From the NCBI GenBank assembly GCA_030674475.1, contig JAUSCZ010000041.1, positions 3,481 through 67,480 of the forward strand: 64,000 nt of DNA, in the 5' to 3' direction. The DNA is from Candidatus Omnitrophota bacterium (lineage in GTDB: Bacteria; Omnitrophota; Gorgyraeia; Gygaellales; UBA12090). Numbering within the stretch: the stretch's first letter is position 1; the number at the start of each line of letters is the position of its first letter. A program made the position numbers and the translations under genes. Below are positions 37,155 through 47,407 of the stretch, one piece after another. The notes under the pieces are model-generated. The model ran no database searches, was not told the origin of the DNA, and saw only the letters and a program-made list of their open reading frames with translations.

Positions 37155-40028
37155 CTATTTTCCACAACACTTCTTATATTTTTTTTCGCTTCCGCAAGGA
37201 CAAGGCTCATTGCGGCCCACATCAGGCTGAGGTATCAACGATGCTGGAGGCGCCGCGGGGACCCGGGAAACAGCTTCAGCCGGACGCTCAGCGCGCGAAG
37301 CAGTGTTTTCCTGAGGCCGGAATCTTTCCGCTTCGGGGTGAATAAATTCCTGATTAATTGAAGAAAATACGCCTTTTATCTCTTTTACTTCCTGGCGGAC
37401 CTGGAGCTTAAAAATGATATCCACCACATCGGCCTTAATGGAATTAACCATTTGGCTAAACATCTCATAAGCGCCACGTTGATATTCTACCAAAGGATCG
37501 CGCTGGCCATAAGCCCTCAAGCCTATTCCCTCGCGAAGATAATCCATCGCGTAAAGATGGTCCTTCCATTTGCTGTCAATAACCTGTAAACAGACCATTC
37601 GCTCTAAATGACGCAGGACATCACCTCCGGCCGACTCTTCCTTAGAAGAATAAATATCCAAAACTTTCTTTAAAATATCTTCAACTATCTCTTCATGGGC
37701 GCGCTCAAAGAAGCTTGCCTCAGGCTGTAAGGAAAAATTAATCTTCAGCCAACCGGAGAAACCCTCAACATCCCAGGCCTGAACCGGGGCATCTTGGGAA
37801 ATATACTGTACAGCCGCGGATTCAATAATTTCCCGGGCCATCTCCAGGATGTGTTCTTTTAAATTATCCGACTCCAAAACTACCCGGCGTTGGTGATAAA
37901 TGACCTCCCTCTGCTTATTCATCACATTATCGTATTCCAAAAGTTGCTTTCTTATCTCAAAGTTATGCTGCTCCACCCTCTTCTGAGCAATCTCAATGGA
38001 TCGGCTTACCCAGGGATGCTCAATAACCTGGCCCTCCTCCAGGCCCAGGCGGGTCATCATCCCCACCAACCGGTCTGAGCCGAACAAGCGCATCAAATCA
38101 TCCCCTAAGGAGACATAAAAACGCGATGAACCGGGGTCTCCCTGCCTGCCACAGCGGCCGCGTAGCTGATTATCAATACGCCTGGCCTCGTGGCGCTCGG
38201 TGCCGAGGACATGCAGGCCCCCTAATTCCACTACCTTATTATGTTCATCCTCTGTTTCTTTTTTATACCTGACCATAAGGTTTTGGTATTCGCTGAGATA
38301 ATTATCGTCTTGAGGATTAATGTCCTTTTGTTTTAATATGCTCTTAACAATAAAATCGGCATTGCCTCCCAGTAGTATATCGGTTCCCCGTCCGGCCATA
38401 TTGGTAGCAATGGTTACTGCCTTATATCTGCCGGCCTGAGAAACAATAGCCGCCTCCATCTCGTGGTATTTGGCATTAAGCACCTGATGCGGGACGCCCT
38501 TTCGCTTAAGCATATCTGAGAGAAGCTCAGACTTACGGATAGAAACCGTTCCCACCAGCACCGGACGGCCCTGCTTAGAACATTCGGCTATTTCTTCAAC
38601 CGCCGCGTCAAACTTTTCCTTCTCGGATTTATACACCCGGTCAGGGGAATTCTGACGAACCAGCGGACGGTTAGTCGGAATAGAAACGACATCTAAGGAA
38701 TAAATATCCTTAAATTCCGCTGCCTCAGTAAGCGCGGTTCCGGTCATACCGGATAATTTCTCATACATCCGAAAATAGTTCTGAAAGGTAACGGTGGCCA
38801 AGGTCTGATTTTCCCGTTCAATCTTTAAACCCTCATGGGCCTCCACCGCCTGATGCAGGCCGTCGGACCAGCGCCTTCCCGGCATAAGCCGGCCGGTAAA
38901 CTCATCCACGATAATTACCTGGCCGTCTTTGATCACGTAATCCACATCCCGTTTATAAAGGTTGTGCGCGCGTAAGGCCTGGGTCAGGTGATGGCGGTAT
39001 TCCATGGTCTCTATCTCATGAAGATTATCTATCCCCAACAGATTACAGGCATTAATCTCGCCCTCATCGGTTAAGGAAGCGGTGTGGGATTTCTCGTCAA
39101 TCATATAATCGTAGCCCTTGGTCAAATCCACCCCTTTATACTTGGCGTCAATCTCATCCTTTTCCAGGATGATTCTTCCCTTAAGCTTAGAGACAATTTT
39201 ATTTATGCTGTAATATTTTTCGGTGGATTCCTCGGCCGGGCCGGAAATAATCAAGGGGGTGCGGGCCTCATCAATCAGGATGGAATCCACTTCATCAACT
39301 ATGGAATAATAAAACGGCCTTTGGACCATTTCATCTTTGGAGACTACCATATTGTCGCGCAGATAATCAAAACCGAATTCATTGTTGGTGCCATAGGTGA
39401 TGTCGCGGGCGTAAGCCTGTCTTCTGGCGGCCGGCGGCATATCGTGCTGGATAACCCCGATACTCAAACCTAAAAATTCATAAATCGGCCCCATCCACTC
39501 TCTATCGCGCCGGGCTAAATAGTCATTAACCGTAATTATATGCACGCCTTCGCCCAAAAGCGCGTTCAGACAGGCCGGCAGGGTTGCCGCCAGGGTCTTT
39601 CCTTCGCCGGTAGACATCTCGGCAATCTTACCTTCGTGCAAGACTATCCCGCCGATAAGCTGAACATCAAAATGGCGCATATTCACCGCGCGTTTTGCCG
39701 CTTCCCGGACACAGGCAAAGGCCTCAGGCAAAATTTCCTCAAAAATACTATTGCGTAAACCCTTAAGCCTGAATTTAAGTTTGGCCTTTTCGGTATTGGA
39801 GGTAGCTTCCCGGATCTGCTCTTGTAGGCTTAGAAAATCTTCTTTCAGGGCTTTGGATTTCTCTAAGAGGATATTTCTAAATTCACCCGTCTTGGCCCGG
39901 ATTTGAGCGTCGGAAAGCTGTTGAATCTTAGGCTCCAAAGAATTAATCTTCTCCACTATGGGCCGGAGGCGCTTAAGCTCCCGGTCATTCTGAGAACCGA
40001 TTAGTTTTCTAGTAATAAATTTAATCAT
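37155..40028 (-). CDS. secA: preprotein translocase SecA
   Basis: [34 protein letters not shown]-terminal SEC-C motif. Confidence 0.98.
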   Translation of the reverse strand: MIKFITRKLIGSQNDRELKRLRPIVEKINSLEPKIQQLSDAQIRAKTGEFRNILLEKSKALKEDFLSLQEQIREATSNTEKAKLKFRLKGLRNSIFEEILPEAFACVREAAKRAVNMRHFDVQLIGGIVLHEGKIAEMSTGEGKTLAATLPACLNALLGEGVHIITVNDYLARRDREWMGPIYEFLGLSIGVIQHDMPPAARRQAYARDITYGTNNEFGFDYLRDNMVVSKDEMVQRPFYYSIVDEVDSILIDEARTPLIISGPAEESTEKYYSINKIVSKLKGRIILEKDEIDAKYKGVDLTKGYDYMIDEKSHTASLTDEGEINACNLLGIDNLHEIETMEYRHHLTQALRAHNLYKRDVDYVIKDGQVIIVDEFTGRLMPGRRWSDGLHQAVEAHEGLKIERENQTLATVTFQNYFRMYEKLSGMTGTALTEAAEFKDIYSLDVVSIPTNRPLVRQNSPDRVYKSEKEKFDAAVEEIAECSKQGRPVLVGTVSIRKSELLSDMLKRKGVPHQVLNAKYHEMEAAIVSQAGRYKAVTIATNMAGRGTDILLGGNADFIVKSILKQKDINPQDDNYLSEYQNLMVRYKKETEDEHNKVVELGGLHVLGTERHEARRIDNQLRGRCGRQGDPGSSRFYVSLGDDLMRLFGSDRLVGMMTRLGLEEGQVIEHPWVSRSIEIAQKRVEQHNFEIRKQLLEYDNVMNKQREVIYHQRRVVLESDNLKEHILEMAREIIESAAVQYISQDAPVQAWDVEGFSGWLKINFSLQPEASFFERAHEEIVEDILKKVLDIYSSKEESAGGDVLRHLERMVCLQVIDSKWKDHLYAMDYLREGIGLRAYGQRDPLVEYQRGAYEMFSQMVNSIKADVVDIIFKLQVRQEVKEIKGVFSSINQEFIHPEAERFRPQENTASRAERPAEAVSRVPAAPPASLIPQPDVGRNEPCPCGSEKKYKKCCGK

Positions 40029-40095
40029 CTTATGCGTTAAAGCAGAGGCGGTTTCTGATTTACAGGTTTGCTATAAACTATCAACTATAAACGGA

Positions 40096-41197
40096 TTACT
40101 TTTTCACTTTCTGCATTTTTAAATAAGCTTCAATAAACTTATCCAACTCTCCGTCCATTACCGCGTTGACATTGCCGGTTTCATACTCCGTGCGGTGATC
40201 CTTGACCATGCTGTAAGGATGCATTACATAGGAACGGATCTGGCTTCCCCACTCAATCTTTTGCTTCTTGGCGTATTCGGACTGAATCTTTTCTTCCTGC
40301 TTACGGCGCTCCTCTTCATAAAGCTTGGCCTTTAAGATATTCATGGCCGTCTGTTTATTCTGATACTGCGAGCGCTCATTCTGGCACTGCGCCACAATGC
40401 CGCTGGGCAGATGGGTTATCCGGACCGCTGAATCCGTGGTATTAACCGATTGCCCTCCGGGACCGCTGGAACGATAGACATCAATCCTTAAATCCCTCTC
40501 CTCGATTTTAATGTCAATCTCGCCTTCAATCTGGGGAACAACATCCACCGAGGCAAAAGAAGTATGCCGACGCTTATTGGAATCAAAGGGAGAAATCCGC
40601 ACCAGCCGGTGCACACCTGCCTCAGCCTTTAAGTAGCCGTAGGCATAAGGGCCTTCAATCAACAAAGTTACATTTTTTATCCCGGCCTCTTCCCCGTGCA
40701 GAATATCCGCGACCTTGGTCTTATAGCCTTTGGATTCGGCAAAACGGCAATACATCCTGAACAGCATATCCGCCCAATCGCAAGACTCCGTTCCTCCGGC
40801 CCCGGCATTTATGGAAAGAATAGCGCTGTTGGCGTCAAACTCCTGACTCAGAAGAAGCTTAAACTCTAAAGAATCTATGTCTTTTACTACAAGATCTAAA
40901 TTCTTATTTAATTCCAGGATTAACTGGGAATCTCCGGCAGTGGATATTTCCCCAAGCTCTTTTATGTCTTTGAGTTTAGCCTCGGCATCCTTAAAAGGCT
41001 GGATTCGGGTTCTTAGATTTTTTAACTCCCCAATTACCTTAAGCGATTCTTGGGATTCCTGCCAGAAATCCTGGGCGGACATCCGGACATTAAGTTCGTT
41101 TATCCGGCTTTCAGTATGAGCCAGGTCAAAGATAACCTCTAAGCTCATCGAGCTTTTTTTCTAAAGCGGCTATCCTGGTTTTAATCTCATCAAGCAT
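40096..41197 (-). CDS. prfB: peptide chain release factor 2 with programmed +1 frameshift
   Basis: ATG 41197 MLDEIK...RGYL then CTT-TGA-C at 41131-41125 with AGAGG upstream; SPF and GGQ motifs. Confidence 0.96.
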
Positions 41198-41210
41198 TCT
41201 ACGCCCTCAC

Positions 41211-42281
41211 TTATTTTTTGATTCCCTTGAGCATCAAATCCAGCTCGTCCTTGTTATCGCTGAAACGCATTGCCTCTTCAAGTGAAATCTTGTCTTCTTT
41301 AAAAAGTTTAGTTAAAGACTGGTTAAAGGTCTGCATCCCGAATATCCCACCCTCCTGCAGATAGCGCGGTATTTCCCAAACCTTACGCTCGCGGATAAGC
41401 CGGGAGATGGTGGGAGTTAAAACCATAGATTCATAAGCCGGGATACGCCCGGACTTTTCTTTATAAGGAACCAGCCTTAAAGAAATTACCCCTTTCAGGA
41501 GGCTAGAAAGCTGAATAGCCACCTGTTCATGCTGATAGGGAGGAAAAAAGTTGATTATCCGCTCAACAGTCTGGGCGGCATTAATAGTATGCAGGGTGCT
41601 TAAGACCAGAACCCCGGTCTCCGCCGCGGTCATCGCCGTGGCCATGGTTTCGTAATCGCGGATATTACCGATGTAAATGACATCCGGGCTCTGCAGGGCA
41701 AACGCCTTCAAGGCTATCTGATAGCTAAAGACATCCGGGCCTAATTCCCTTTGATTGATTACCGATTGCTTATCGCCAAAGGTAAATTCTATCGGCTCTT
41801 CAATAGTCAAAATGTGCTTTTTGTGGCGGGTATTTATATATTCAATCATCGAGGCAATAGTGGTGGATTTGCCTGAACCGGTTGAACCGGTGAGTAACAC
41901 CAGCCCCCTGGACTCGTTACAGAGTTTTTCTAAGGCATCTTTAGGCAGGCCCATCTCTTCAAAAGAGTTCACGGTACGGCTAATCTGGCGGACGACTATT
42001 GAGGGGGTATTACGTTGGGTGAATATGCTCACCCGAAAGCGCTGATCAATATCATCTAAAAACAGGCCGAAATCAACATCCAGATGCTCCTTAAACATCT
42101 GCCTTTGGTTTTCGGTGGTAATCGCCTCTACCGCGGAAATAGCATCCTCAACCCCCAATTCTTTATCCGATACGGAAACAATCCTACCGTCAATACGCAT
42201 GCGCACCGGCCCTCCGGCGCGGTAAAAAAGGTCCGAGGCGTTTTTCTCACCCATCATCTTCAAATATTCTTTAATATTCAT
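41211..42281 (-). CDS. PilT/PilU family type IV pilus ATPase
   Basis: ASDL, GSTGSGKSTT, TIEEPIE, AETGVLVLSTLHT, GMQTFNQ. Confidence 0.9.
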   Translation of the reverse strand: MNIKEYLKMMGEKNASDLFYRAGGPVRMRIDGRIVSVSDKELGVEDAISAVEAITTENQRQMFKEHLDVDFGLFLDDIDQRFRVSIFTQRNTPSIVVRQISRTVNSFEEMGLPKDALEKLCNESRGLVLLTGSTGSGKSTTIASMIEYINTRHKKHILTIEEPIEFTFGDKQSVINQRELGPDVFSYQIALKAFALQSPDVIYIGNIRDYETMATAMTAAETGVLVLSTLHTINAAQTVERIINFFPPYQHEQVAIQLSSLLKGVISLRLVPYKEKSGRIPAYESMVLTPTISRLIRERKVWEIPRYLQEGGIFGMQTFNQSLTKLFKEDKISLEEAMRFSDNKDELDLMLKGIKK

Positions 42282-42316
42282 TTTCCCTCACTCCGTTTAG
42301 CCGCGATAAAACAGTA

Positions 42317-42637
42317 TTATTCTATACTGATATCCCCTTTTAGGCAAAACATATTTTTCATCCCCTTCTCAAGCTCAAGCAACTGCTCCTTGGCCTTGCG
42401 GCCCCGCGAATACCCGCCGATATCTCCGTTAGATTTTACCACCCGATGACAAGGGATCACTAACGGATAAGGGTTATTCTTTAAAGCCGTCCCTACCGCC
42501 CTTACCGCCTGAGGCGAACCAATACGTCTGGCAACCCAGGAATAACTGCGCGTTGAGCCAAAAGGAATCTTGAGTGCCGCCTCCCACACCCGCAGCTGAA
42601 AAGCACTAAAACGAATACTATCCGCCTTTTTCTTCAT
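42317..42637 (-). CDS. methylated-DNA-protein-cysteine methyltransferase (MGMT/Ogt C-terminal domain)
   Basis: IPFGSTRSY, RAVGTAL, IPCHRVV. Confidence 0.88.
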   Translation of the reverse strand: MKKKADSIRFSAFQLRVWEAALKIPFGSTRSYSWVARRIGSPQAVRAVGTALKNNPYPLVIPCHRVVKSNGDIGGYSRGRKAKEQLLELEKGMKNMFCLKGDISIE

Positions 42638-43853
42638 TAAGAAATCTCTTTTTTCTCAATAAGCGGTGATACTTCAAAGCAAAGCGGTGAGACTCATCCC
42701 GGATACATTGAAGCAAGCGCAGAGCCGGGGAATTATTCTTCAGCCTTATCGGCCTGGGAGTAAAAAGGGTATATATCTCTTCTTCTCTTTTAGCTAAGCT
42801 TACAATGGGAATAATTAATCCCAAATCCTCTAATTCCTTTTTAGCCGCGCAAAGCTGGCCCCGGCCTCCGTCTACCAGGATTAAATCCGGCAAAGGCAAA
42901 TTCTCCTCCTTAAGCCGCGAGTACCGCCTATGCACGGCCTCAGCCATCATCTTATAATCATCGCTCTGCTTAACTGTCTTAATCCGGAAGCGGCGGTAAT
43001 TATCCTTATCAGCTAAACCATTATAAAAAGATACCATTGAAGCGGTGGCCTGTCTACCTAAAATATTAGAAACATCAAAAGCCTCTATTCTGCGCGGTAT
43101 AACCGGGAGCCTCAAAACTTCCCTTAACTCGCTAAGCGCTGACTCCGTGTTATACAAAGATGGCTTGAAGGTATTTAAAGCAATCATCTTATCCCGTAAC
43201 AGTGCCGCTTCTTCAAACTTCCGCTCTTTGGCTTTCTGCCGCATTTCCCGGGATAACTCCTTAGCCAACTCCTCGTTCTTGCCTTCCAGGATCAGGCTGA
43301 TTTGCTTTATGGTTTTGGCGTAATCGCTCTTACTGATTTTCCCGATACAAGGAGCAGGTGAAAGCTTTATACGATAATACATACAGGCTTTTTTGGGAAG
43401 CACCGGACAGGAACGGTAGGGAAAATCGCGGCGGATAATCTTTAACGCTTCTCTCAATAAGCCGGCGCTGATATAGGGGCCGAAATATTGAGCGCCGTCG
43501 TCCTCCCGTTTACGGGTAACATAAATCGCGGGAAATTCCTCATTGGTGATCTTGACTAAAGGAAAACTCTTATCATCCCGAAGCGAGACGTTATATTTCG
43601 GCTTATGCTCTTTGATAAGGCTTGCCTCTAATAAAAGCGCCATACTTTCGCTGGCTGTGGTCCTATATTCAATATCAACCACATTCATCATAAGGCGCAG
43701 GGTCTTTGCCGAAAGCCCGCGCGCCAGATAACTGCTCAGGCGTTTTCGAAGCGAAAGCGCTTTACCGATATAAATAATCCTGCAGGATGAGTCCTTCATT
43801 AAATACACACCCGGAGAATCCGGAAATAGGCTTATTTTTTCCTTAATATCCAT
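42618..43853 (-). CDS. uvrC: excinuclease ABC subunit C (compact, no C-terminal HhH)
   Basis: PGVYLM, YIGKA, PKYN, IEAFDVSN, LVDGGRGQL, RDESHRFA; start set at MDIKEK. Confidence 0.9.
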   Translation of the reverse strand: MDIKEKISLFPDSPGVYLMKDSSCRIIYIGKALSLRKRLSSYLARGLSAKTLRLMMNVVDIEYRTTASESMALLLEASLIKEHKPKYNVSLRDDKSFPLVKITNEEFPAIYVTRKREDDGAQYFGPYISAGLLREALKIIRRDFPYRSCPVLPKKACMYYRIKLSPAPCIGKISKSDYAKTIKQISLILEGKNEELAKELSREMRQKAKERKFEEAALLRDKMIALNTFKPSLYNTESALSELREVLRLPVIPRRIEAFDVSNILGRQATASMVSFYNGLADKDNYRRFRIKTVKQSDDYKMMAEAVHRRYSRLKEENLPLPDLILVDGGRGQLCAAKKELEDLGLIIPIVSLAKREEEIYTLFTPRPIRLKNNSPALRLLQCIRDESHRFALKYHRLLRKKRFLNEEKGG

Positions 43854-43988
43854 TGCATGACCTTTTTGATTTATGATTTCGGGGGACACGATAGTTATTG
43901 AGCTTTGCATTTGTAATGGGAATGACAGAGGCTCCGGCTGCGTCGGAGATAAAGGAAAGATCGCTCCTATTAGTTTCGCAAAGCTCAA

Positions 43989-44092
43989 TAATTATTGATT
44001 TTATTATTCGATCCCGAATTTATTTTCTTCAAAGGTATTCCTAATATGTTTTCCCATGCCTGGAAAGTAACCATCAAATTTCAAGACTTAAC
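43989..44092. repeat. dispersed repeat, copy A (copies B 45339-45438 and C 48296-48456)
   Basis: Shared ATTGATTTTATTATTC(G/A)AT, TGCCTGGAAAGTAACCATCAA..TTTCAAGACTTAAC and ACCCGGACATTAGA blocks. Confidence 0.85.
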
Positions 44093-44128
44093 TCTTTTCT
44101 CCCTATTATTATATATTTCGTTTTTTGT

Positions 44129-44207
44129 GTCTAACGATAAAGTTAAGCCGCCATTTTCCGCAGAGCAAAACGACGCGGGAAATGGCGGCTTCAACGCTTT
44201 GTTAGAT
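44129..44207 (-). mobile_element. integron attC site 1
   Basis: Minus strand ATCTAAC...GTTAGAC, 79-bp imperfect palindrome directly after the antitoxin gene. Confidence 0.85.
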
Positions 44208-44221
44208 GGTAATTTATTGTT

Positions 44222-44422
44222 TTATTCGATATCTATCTCTTTTTTTACGTCATTGAACGAAGTGGTAGGAATATCGGCTTCTTTTGATTTAGCGTCCCGC
44301 AGTGCTTTTAGAGCTTCGTAATCTTCAAGCTCTTCCTGAATTTGGACGAATTCCTCATAAGGCAATACGACGAATTCTTTTTTTCCATCTTTTTCTAAGA
44401 TTTTTGTATGTAACGATACCAT
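44222..44422 (-). CDS. antitoxin (Phd/YefM-like) of the cassette TA pair
   Basis: KDGKKEFVVLPYEEF...ELEDYE; follows relE. Confidence 0.8.
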   Translation of the reverse strand: MVSLHTKILEKDGKKEFVVLPYEEFVQIQEELEDYEALKALRDAKSKEADIPTTSFNDVKKEIDIE

Positions 44423-44433
44423 TTTCTTCCTCC

Positions 44434-44682
44434 TTATCGATATGCTTCTTTTCTATGCATAATACGGTAGATAATTATTTTATCCTTTTCTGTTTCAAAA
44501 AGAACCCTATAGTCACCTGCTCGCAGGCGATATTCGGGAGAATAATTAGTTAATTTTTTGACATCGCCTTGTAAATCATCGGATAAAACCTCAACTTTTG
44601 AAAATATCAATTGTAATGTTTTCTTATCGATCGATTTGCAGTCTTTTATAGCTTTGGGTTTAAACTCAACTTTATACTTCAT
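44434..44682 (-). CDS. RelE/ParE family toxin
   Basis: YKVEFKPKA, GDVKKL, YRLRAGDYRVLF, HRKEAYR; TGGTATAAT just upstream. Confidence 0.9.
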   Translation of the reverse strand: MKYKVEFKPKAIKDCKSIDKKTLQLIFSKVEVLSDDLQGDVKKLTNYSPEYRLRAGDYRVLFETEKDKIIIYRIMHRKEAYR

Positions 44683-44723
44683 AAGATAATTATACCATAT
44701 TTTGGTGTAATTTCAGTATTTTC

Positions 44724-44782
44724 ATCTAACGAAAAGCTCAGCGTTGCCAACCCCGGGCATTCGCTGGAGCGTCTTGTTAGGA
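44724..44782 (-). mobile_element. integron attC site 2 (59 bp)
   Basis: Minus strand TCCTAAC...GTTAGAT; its GTTAGAT is complementary to the ATCTAAC of attC 1, as expected for one cassette. Confidence 0.82.
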
Positions 44783-44866
44783 ATTTTTACTTTCTTCTAT
44801 TTCTTTTTCTAATCTCAGTTTTATGTCTCTCCTCTAAACCCGCGCCCGTGCTTACTGCCTCAAATA

Positions 44867-45274
44867 TTAGGGTTCGATGGGTACAATTCGCAGCATATCC
44901 TTCGTAAGCTCAGTCACTCTATATGACTCCGTTATATCACCTTTAATTATCTGAAGGATACTTTTGCGCGGATCAAATCTCCACTTTCCAGACTTGAAAT
45001 GGTGAGCATCGTCGGGAGACAAATAATACCATTCACAATCACCATTTTTGTAGAAGATATATTGCATTCTGAATCGGCTTCCCGGAAATTCTTTGAAATC
45101 TTTCGGGCGGTATATTGAGTCTTTATCAGCTTGCTGTTGTTCCTCGAACGAATGGACCCAGTGCTGATATAAGTACTCTGGCGTCTTGGGTTTTGGAGAG
45201 GCGGATGGTGGGCTGTCTTCTGCCAATAAATATGATCCGCCAATGAGCATCACGATAAGTAGCAATATTTTCAT
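44867..45274 (-). CDS. secreted hypothetical protein (gene cassette, lipocalin-like)
   Basis: Signal peptide, WVHSFEE...YRP, beta-rich; between GTTAGGC core and attC 2. Confidence 0.7.
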   Translation of the reverse strand: MKILLLIVMLIGGSYLLAEDSPPSASPKPKTPEYLYQHWVHSFEEQQQADKDSIYRPKDFKEFPGSRFRMQYIFYKNGDCEWYYLSPDDAHHFKSGKWRFDPRKSILQIIKGDITESYRVTELTKDMLRIVPIEP

Positions 45275-45286
45275 ATTTTGATTTCA

Positions 45287-45320
45287 GCCTAACGAAATGG
45301 CTAACCCGCCGGGGCATCCA
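45287..45320 (-). mobile_element. truncated attC (right half only)
   Basis: Minus strand ...CGGCGGGTTAGCCATTTCGTTAGGC; left half replaced by repeat B. Confidence 0.55.
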
Positions 45321-45573
45321 CCATCGCAAAAAACTTTAGGGGTCAAACCCGGACATTAGACATTATCTCATCTTTTCCTTAAAAATTACACAATAGTTAT
45401 TGATTTTATTATTCAATTCCGAATTTCTTTTCTTCAAAGCTAAAAACTCTCGCGCTTTATCACTACACCATTGCCTTAACCCACCCGAATAATCATTAAT
45501 TGTCTTCTATTCATCATCCCGCGTATTGTTTTTCAGACCAACCATACATTGCTCAAATGTTTTGATTATGAAT

Positions 45574-46380
45574 TCAGGAGGGCGTAAGGCCTAAATTTTT
45601 TAGTTTACTTATTTCATTCTGATTATATACCCCACTTTTTTCAAGAAGAAATCCTATTGCCTGATGATAAGGATAAACAAAAGCTAACTTCTTTAAAGTT
45701 CTTATTAGATTTTCAATAGAAATCCCTTCTTTTGCTAGTTTATAACAATTTAATATTTCTAATATACCATTCGTATATGATGGCCGAACAACAATATCAA
45801 TTAATGTTCTTTCTAAATTTGTTACTAATACCTTATTTTGATTGAAATATGCTTCTATAACACCGCACATATTAGTATTTTGGCCATTCAATAAATAAAC
45901 CTTATATTCCTTAAAATTAGCTATGTTGGTTGTGACTCGCTGTGTTCTTGAAAATGCAAAATCAATTCTCCCTTGGGATAAGGAAGAGGAATAATTGGAC
46001 GCGGAACTTCTTCTTTGCTCAAAATTTACATAAATTTTGTCTGGTGGGTCATTAATTAACTTGTGAATATATAGCGCTGTTCGGTGTGTATAATATAGAT
46101 TTTTTATAAATGAGAGACAGTATACCCATACGGAAACATCTCCCCAGCTAAAAAGAGAATATTCACGGTTAGGGAATTTAATTGAGGTCTTCTTTAAGTC
46201 TGTACGTTTTAGTAATAATTCTAAAAACTTGAAAGCTGTCATGGTGTTAGGTAGGTCCCATTCCAATCTTTTATCTTCTAGAATGTTCACTATTTCGGTA
46301 AAGGTAAAGATTGATTTCTTGGCTTGTTTGAAATAGTTTTTAATTACATCAAGTTTTGTCTCAAATTTTGAAATTTTCAT
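45574..46380 (-). CDS. AbiEi-like type IV antitoxin/regulator, C-terminus possibly truncated
   Basis: YYTHRTALYIH, VTNLERTLIDIVVRP, YPYHQAIGFLL; low GC. Confidence 0.7.
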   Translation of the reverse strand: MKISKFETKLDVIKNYFKQAKKSIFTFTEIVNILEDKRLEWDLPNTMTAFKFLELLLKRTDLKKTSIKFPNREYSLFSWGDVSVWVYCLSFIKNLYYTHRTALYIHKLINDPPDKIYVNFEQRRSSASNYSSSLSQGRIDFAFSRTQRVTTNIANFKEYKVYLLNGQNTNMCGVIEAYFNQNKVLVTNLERTLIDIVVRPSYTNGILEILNCYKLAKEGISIENLIRTLKKLAFVYPYHQAIGFLLEKSGVYNQNEISKLKNLGLTPS

Positions 46381-46410
46381 TTTTTAGATAAGTTTTAAGT
46401 TAAAATTGAG

Positions 46411-46459
46411 CTTAACTCCTACCGGTATAGTATAAATACTATATCGGTAGAAAGTCAAG
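46411..46459 (-). promoter_or_regulatory. inverted-repeat operator over the AbiEi-like promoter
   Basis: CTTAACTCCTACCGGTATAGTAT-aa-ATACTATATCGGTAGAAAGTCAAG overlapping TTGACT-18-TATACT. Confidence 0.65.
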
Positions 46460-46484
46460 TATTTTCTCATTTTCTTCAGTTTAA

Positions 46485-46628
46485 TTATACCCTTTAAGGT
46501 GTAATTATCAAATTTTTTAAATAAAACATTGGCTATTATGCCCTTTAAGGACTATTTGTTTATAATAAAACCCTATCAGGTATAAAAATTTAAAAAATAC
46601 TTGCAATTATACCCGAAAGGTGGTATAT
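46485..46628 (+). promoter_or_regulatory. four HipB-type operator boxes
   Basis: TTATACCC-N-GGTRTA-like boxes at about 46485, 46536, 46566 and 46607. Confidence 0.65.
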
Positions 46629-46638
46629 TCTTATCACC

Positions 46639-46890
46639 ATGGCCCACTTTCCAATTAATATACAGATTAAGAATCTACGAAAAAAGCTGGGTTTAACTCA
46701 AGTCGATTTCGCGAAAAGAGCAGGGGTAGGTTTGCGTTTCTTAAGAGAGCTGGAAGAAGGCAAGCCTACGGTGCGGTTAGATAAGCTTAATCAAGTTTTG
46801 GATTTCTTGGGTGTTCATCTGGAAATAGCGCGCAATGAAAATATAAAATCTGAATGGACAGATAACAACAAACTTGAAGCAGAATTATGA
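46639..46890 (+). CDS. hipB: HipB-like HTH antitoxin (y4mF family)
   Basis: RKKLGLTQVDFAKRAGVGLRFLRELEEGKPTVRLDKLNQVL. Confidence 0.88.
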   Translation: MAHFPINIQIKNLRKKLGLTQVDFAKRAGVGLRFLRELEEGKPTVRLDKLNQVLDFLGVHLEIARNENIKSEWTDNNKLEAEL

Positions 46891-47210
46891 AAGAACTTAG
46901 AAAAGGGCAGGTTTTTTTCAATAAGGACTTGGCCGGGGACATTAGCGAAACGAAAGACGGCTATCTTTTTGAATATGATAAAGATTTTTTAAAAAAAAAT
47001 ATACCTGTTTCTATGTCGTTACCTCCCAGAGAAGAGCCTTATGAATCTAAAGAATTATTTCCTTTTTTTAAAGGCCTTTTGCCTGAAGGCTGGTATTTAG
47101 ATATTGTTACCGCTACCCAAAAGGTTGATAGGGAAGACTTGTTTGGTATCCTTCTTTGCACTACGAGCGGTGATACCATTGGCGCGGTAACGGTTCGCAA
47201 GATAGAATGA
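46887..47210 (+). CDS. HipA N-terminal domain protein (HipS-like)
   Basis: YLFEYD, VSMSLP, LFPFFKGLLPEGW, DTIGAV. Confidence 0.88.
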   Translation: MKELRKGQVFFNKDLAGDISETKDGYLFEYDKDFLKKNIPVSMSLPPREEPYESKELFPFFKGLLPEGWYLDIVTATQKVDREDLFGILLCTTSGDTIGAVTVRKIE

Positions 47211-47214
47211 ACAT

Positions 47215-47406
47215 CATTGCTGTCCAGGTTAGCCATTACAGCGTCATTCCCGCAATCTTTTAGCGGGAATCCACGACGAGAGTATTTTCTGGATACCCGC
47301 TTTTCCCGCATAGCGGGATCCCGTAAAGCGGGACGCGGGTATGACAAATTCAATATCTCAAAATTCCGTTCCAGTCGACAAGTAATAACTAATTTGGACA
47401 CGAGTG
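47215..47406. mobile_element. 192-bp MITE with 9-bp target duplication AATGAACAT
   Basis: Ends CATTGCTGTCCAGGTTAG and (reverse complement) CACTCGTGTCCAAATTAG; duplication at 47206-14 and 47407-15; REP-like hairpin inside. Confidence 0.88.
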
Positions 47407-47407
47407 A

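Noticed and set aside
43854-43988. 45-aa N-terminal extension of UvrC in the ORF track
   Set aside because: No similarity to UvrC; the conserved sequence starts at MDIKEK and the extension lies at the island edge.
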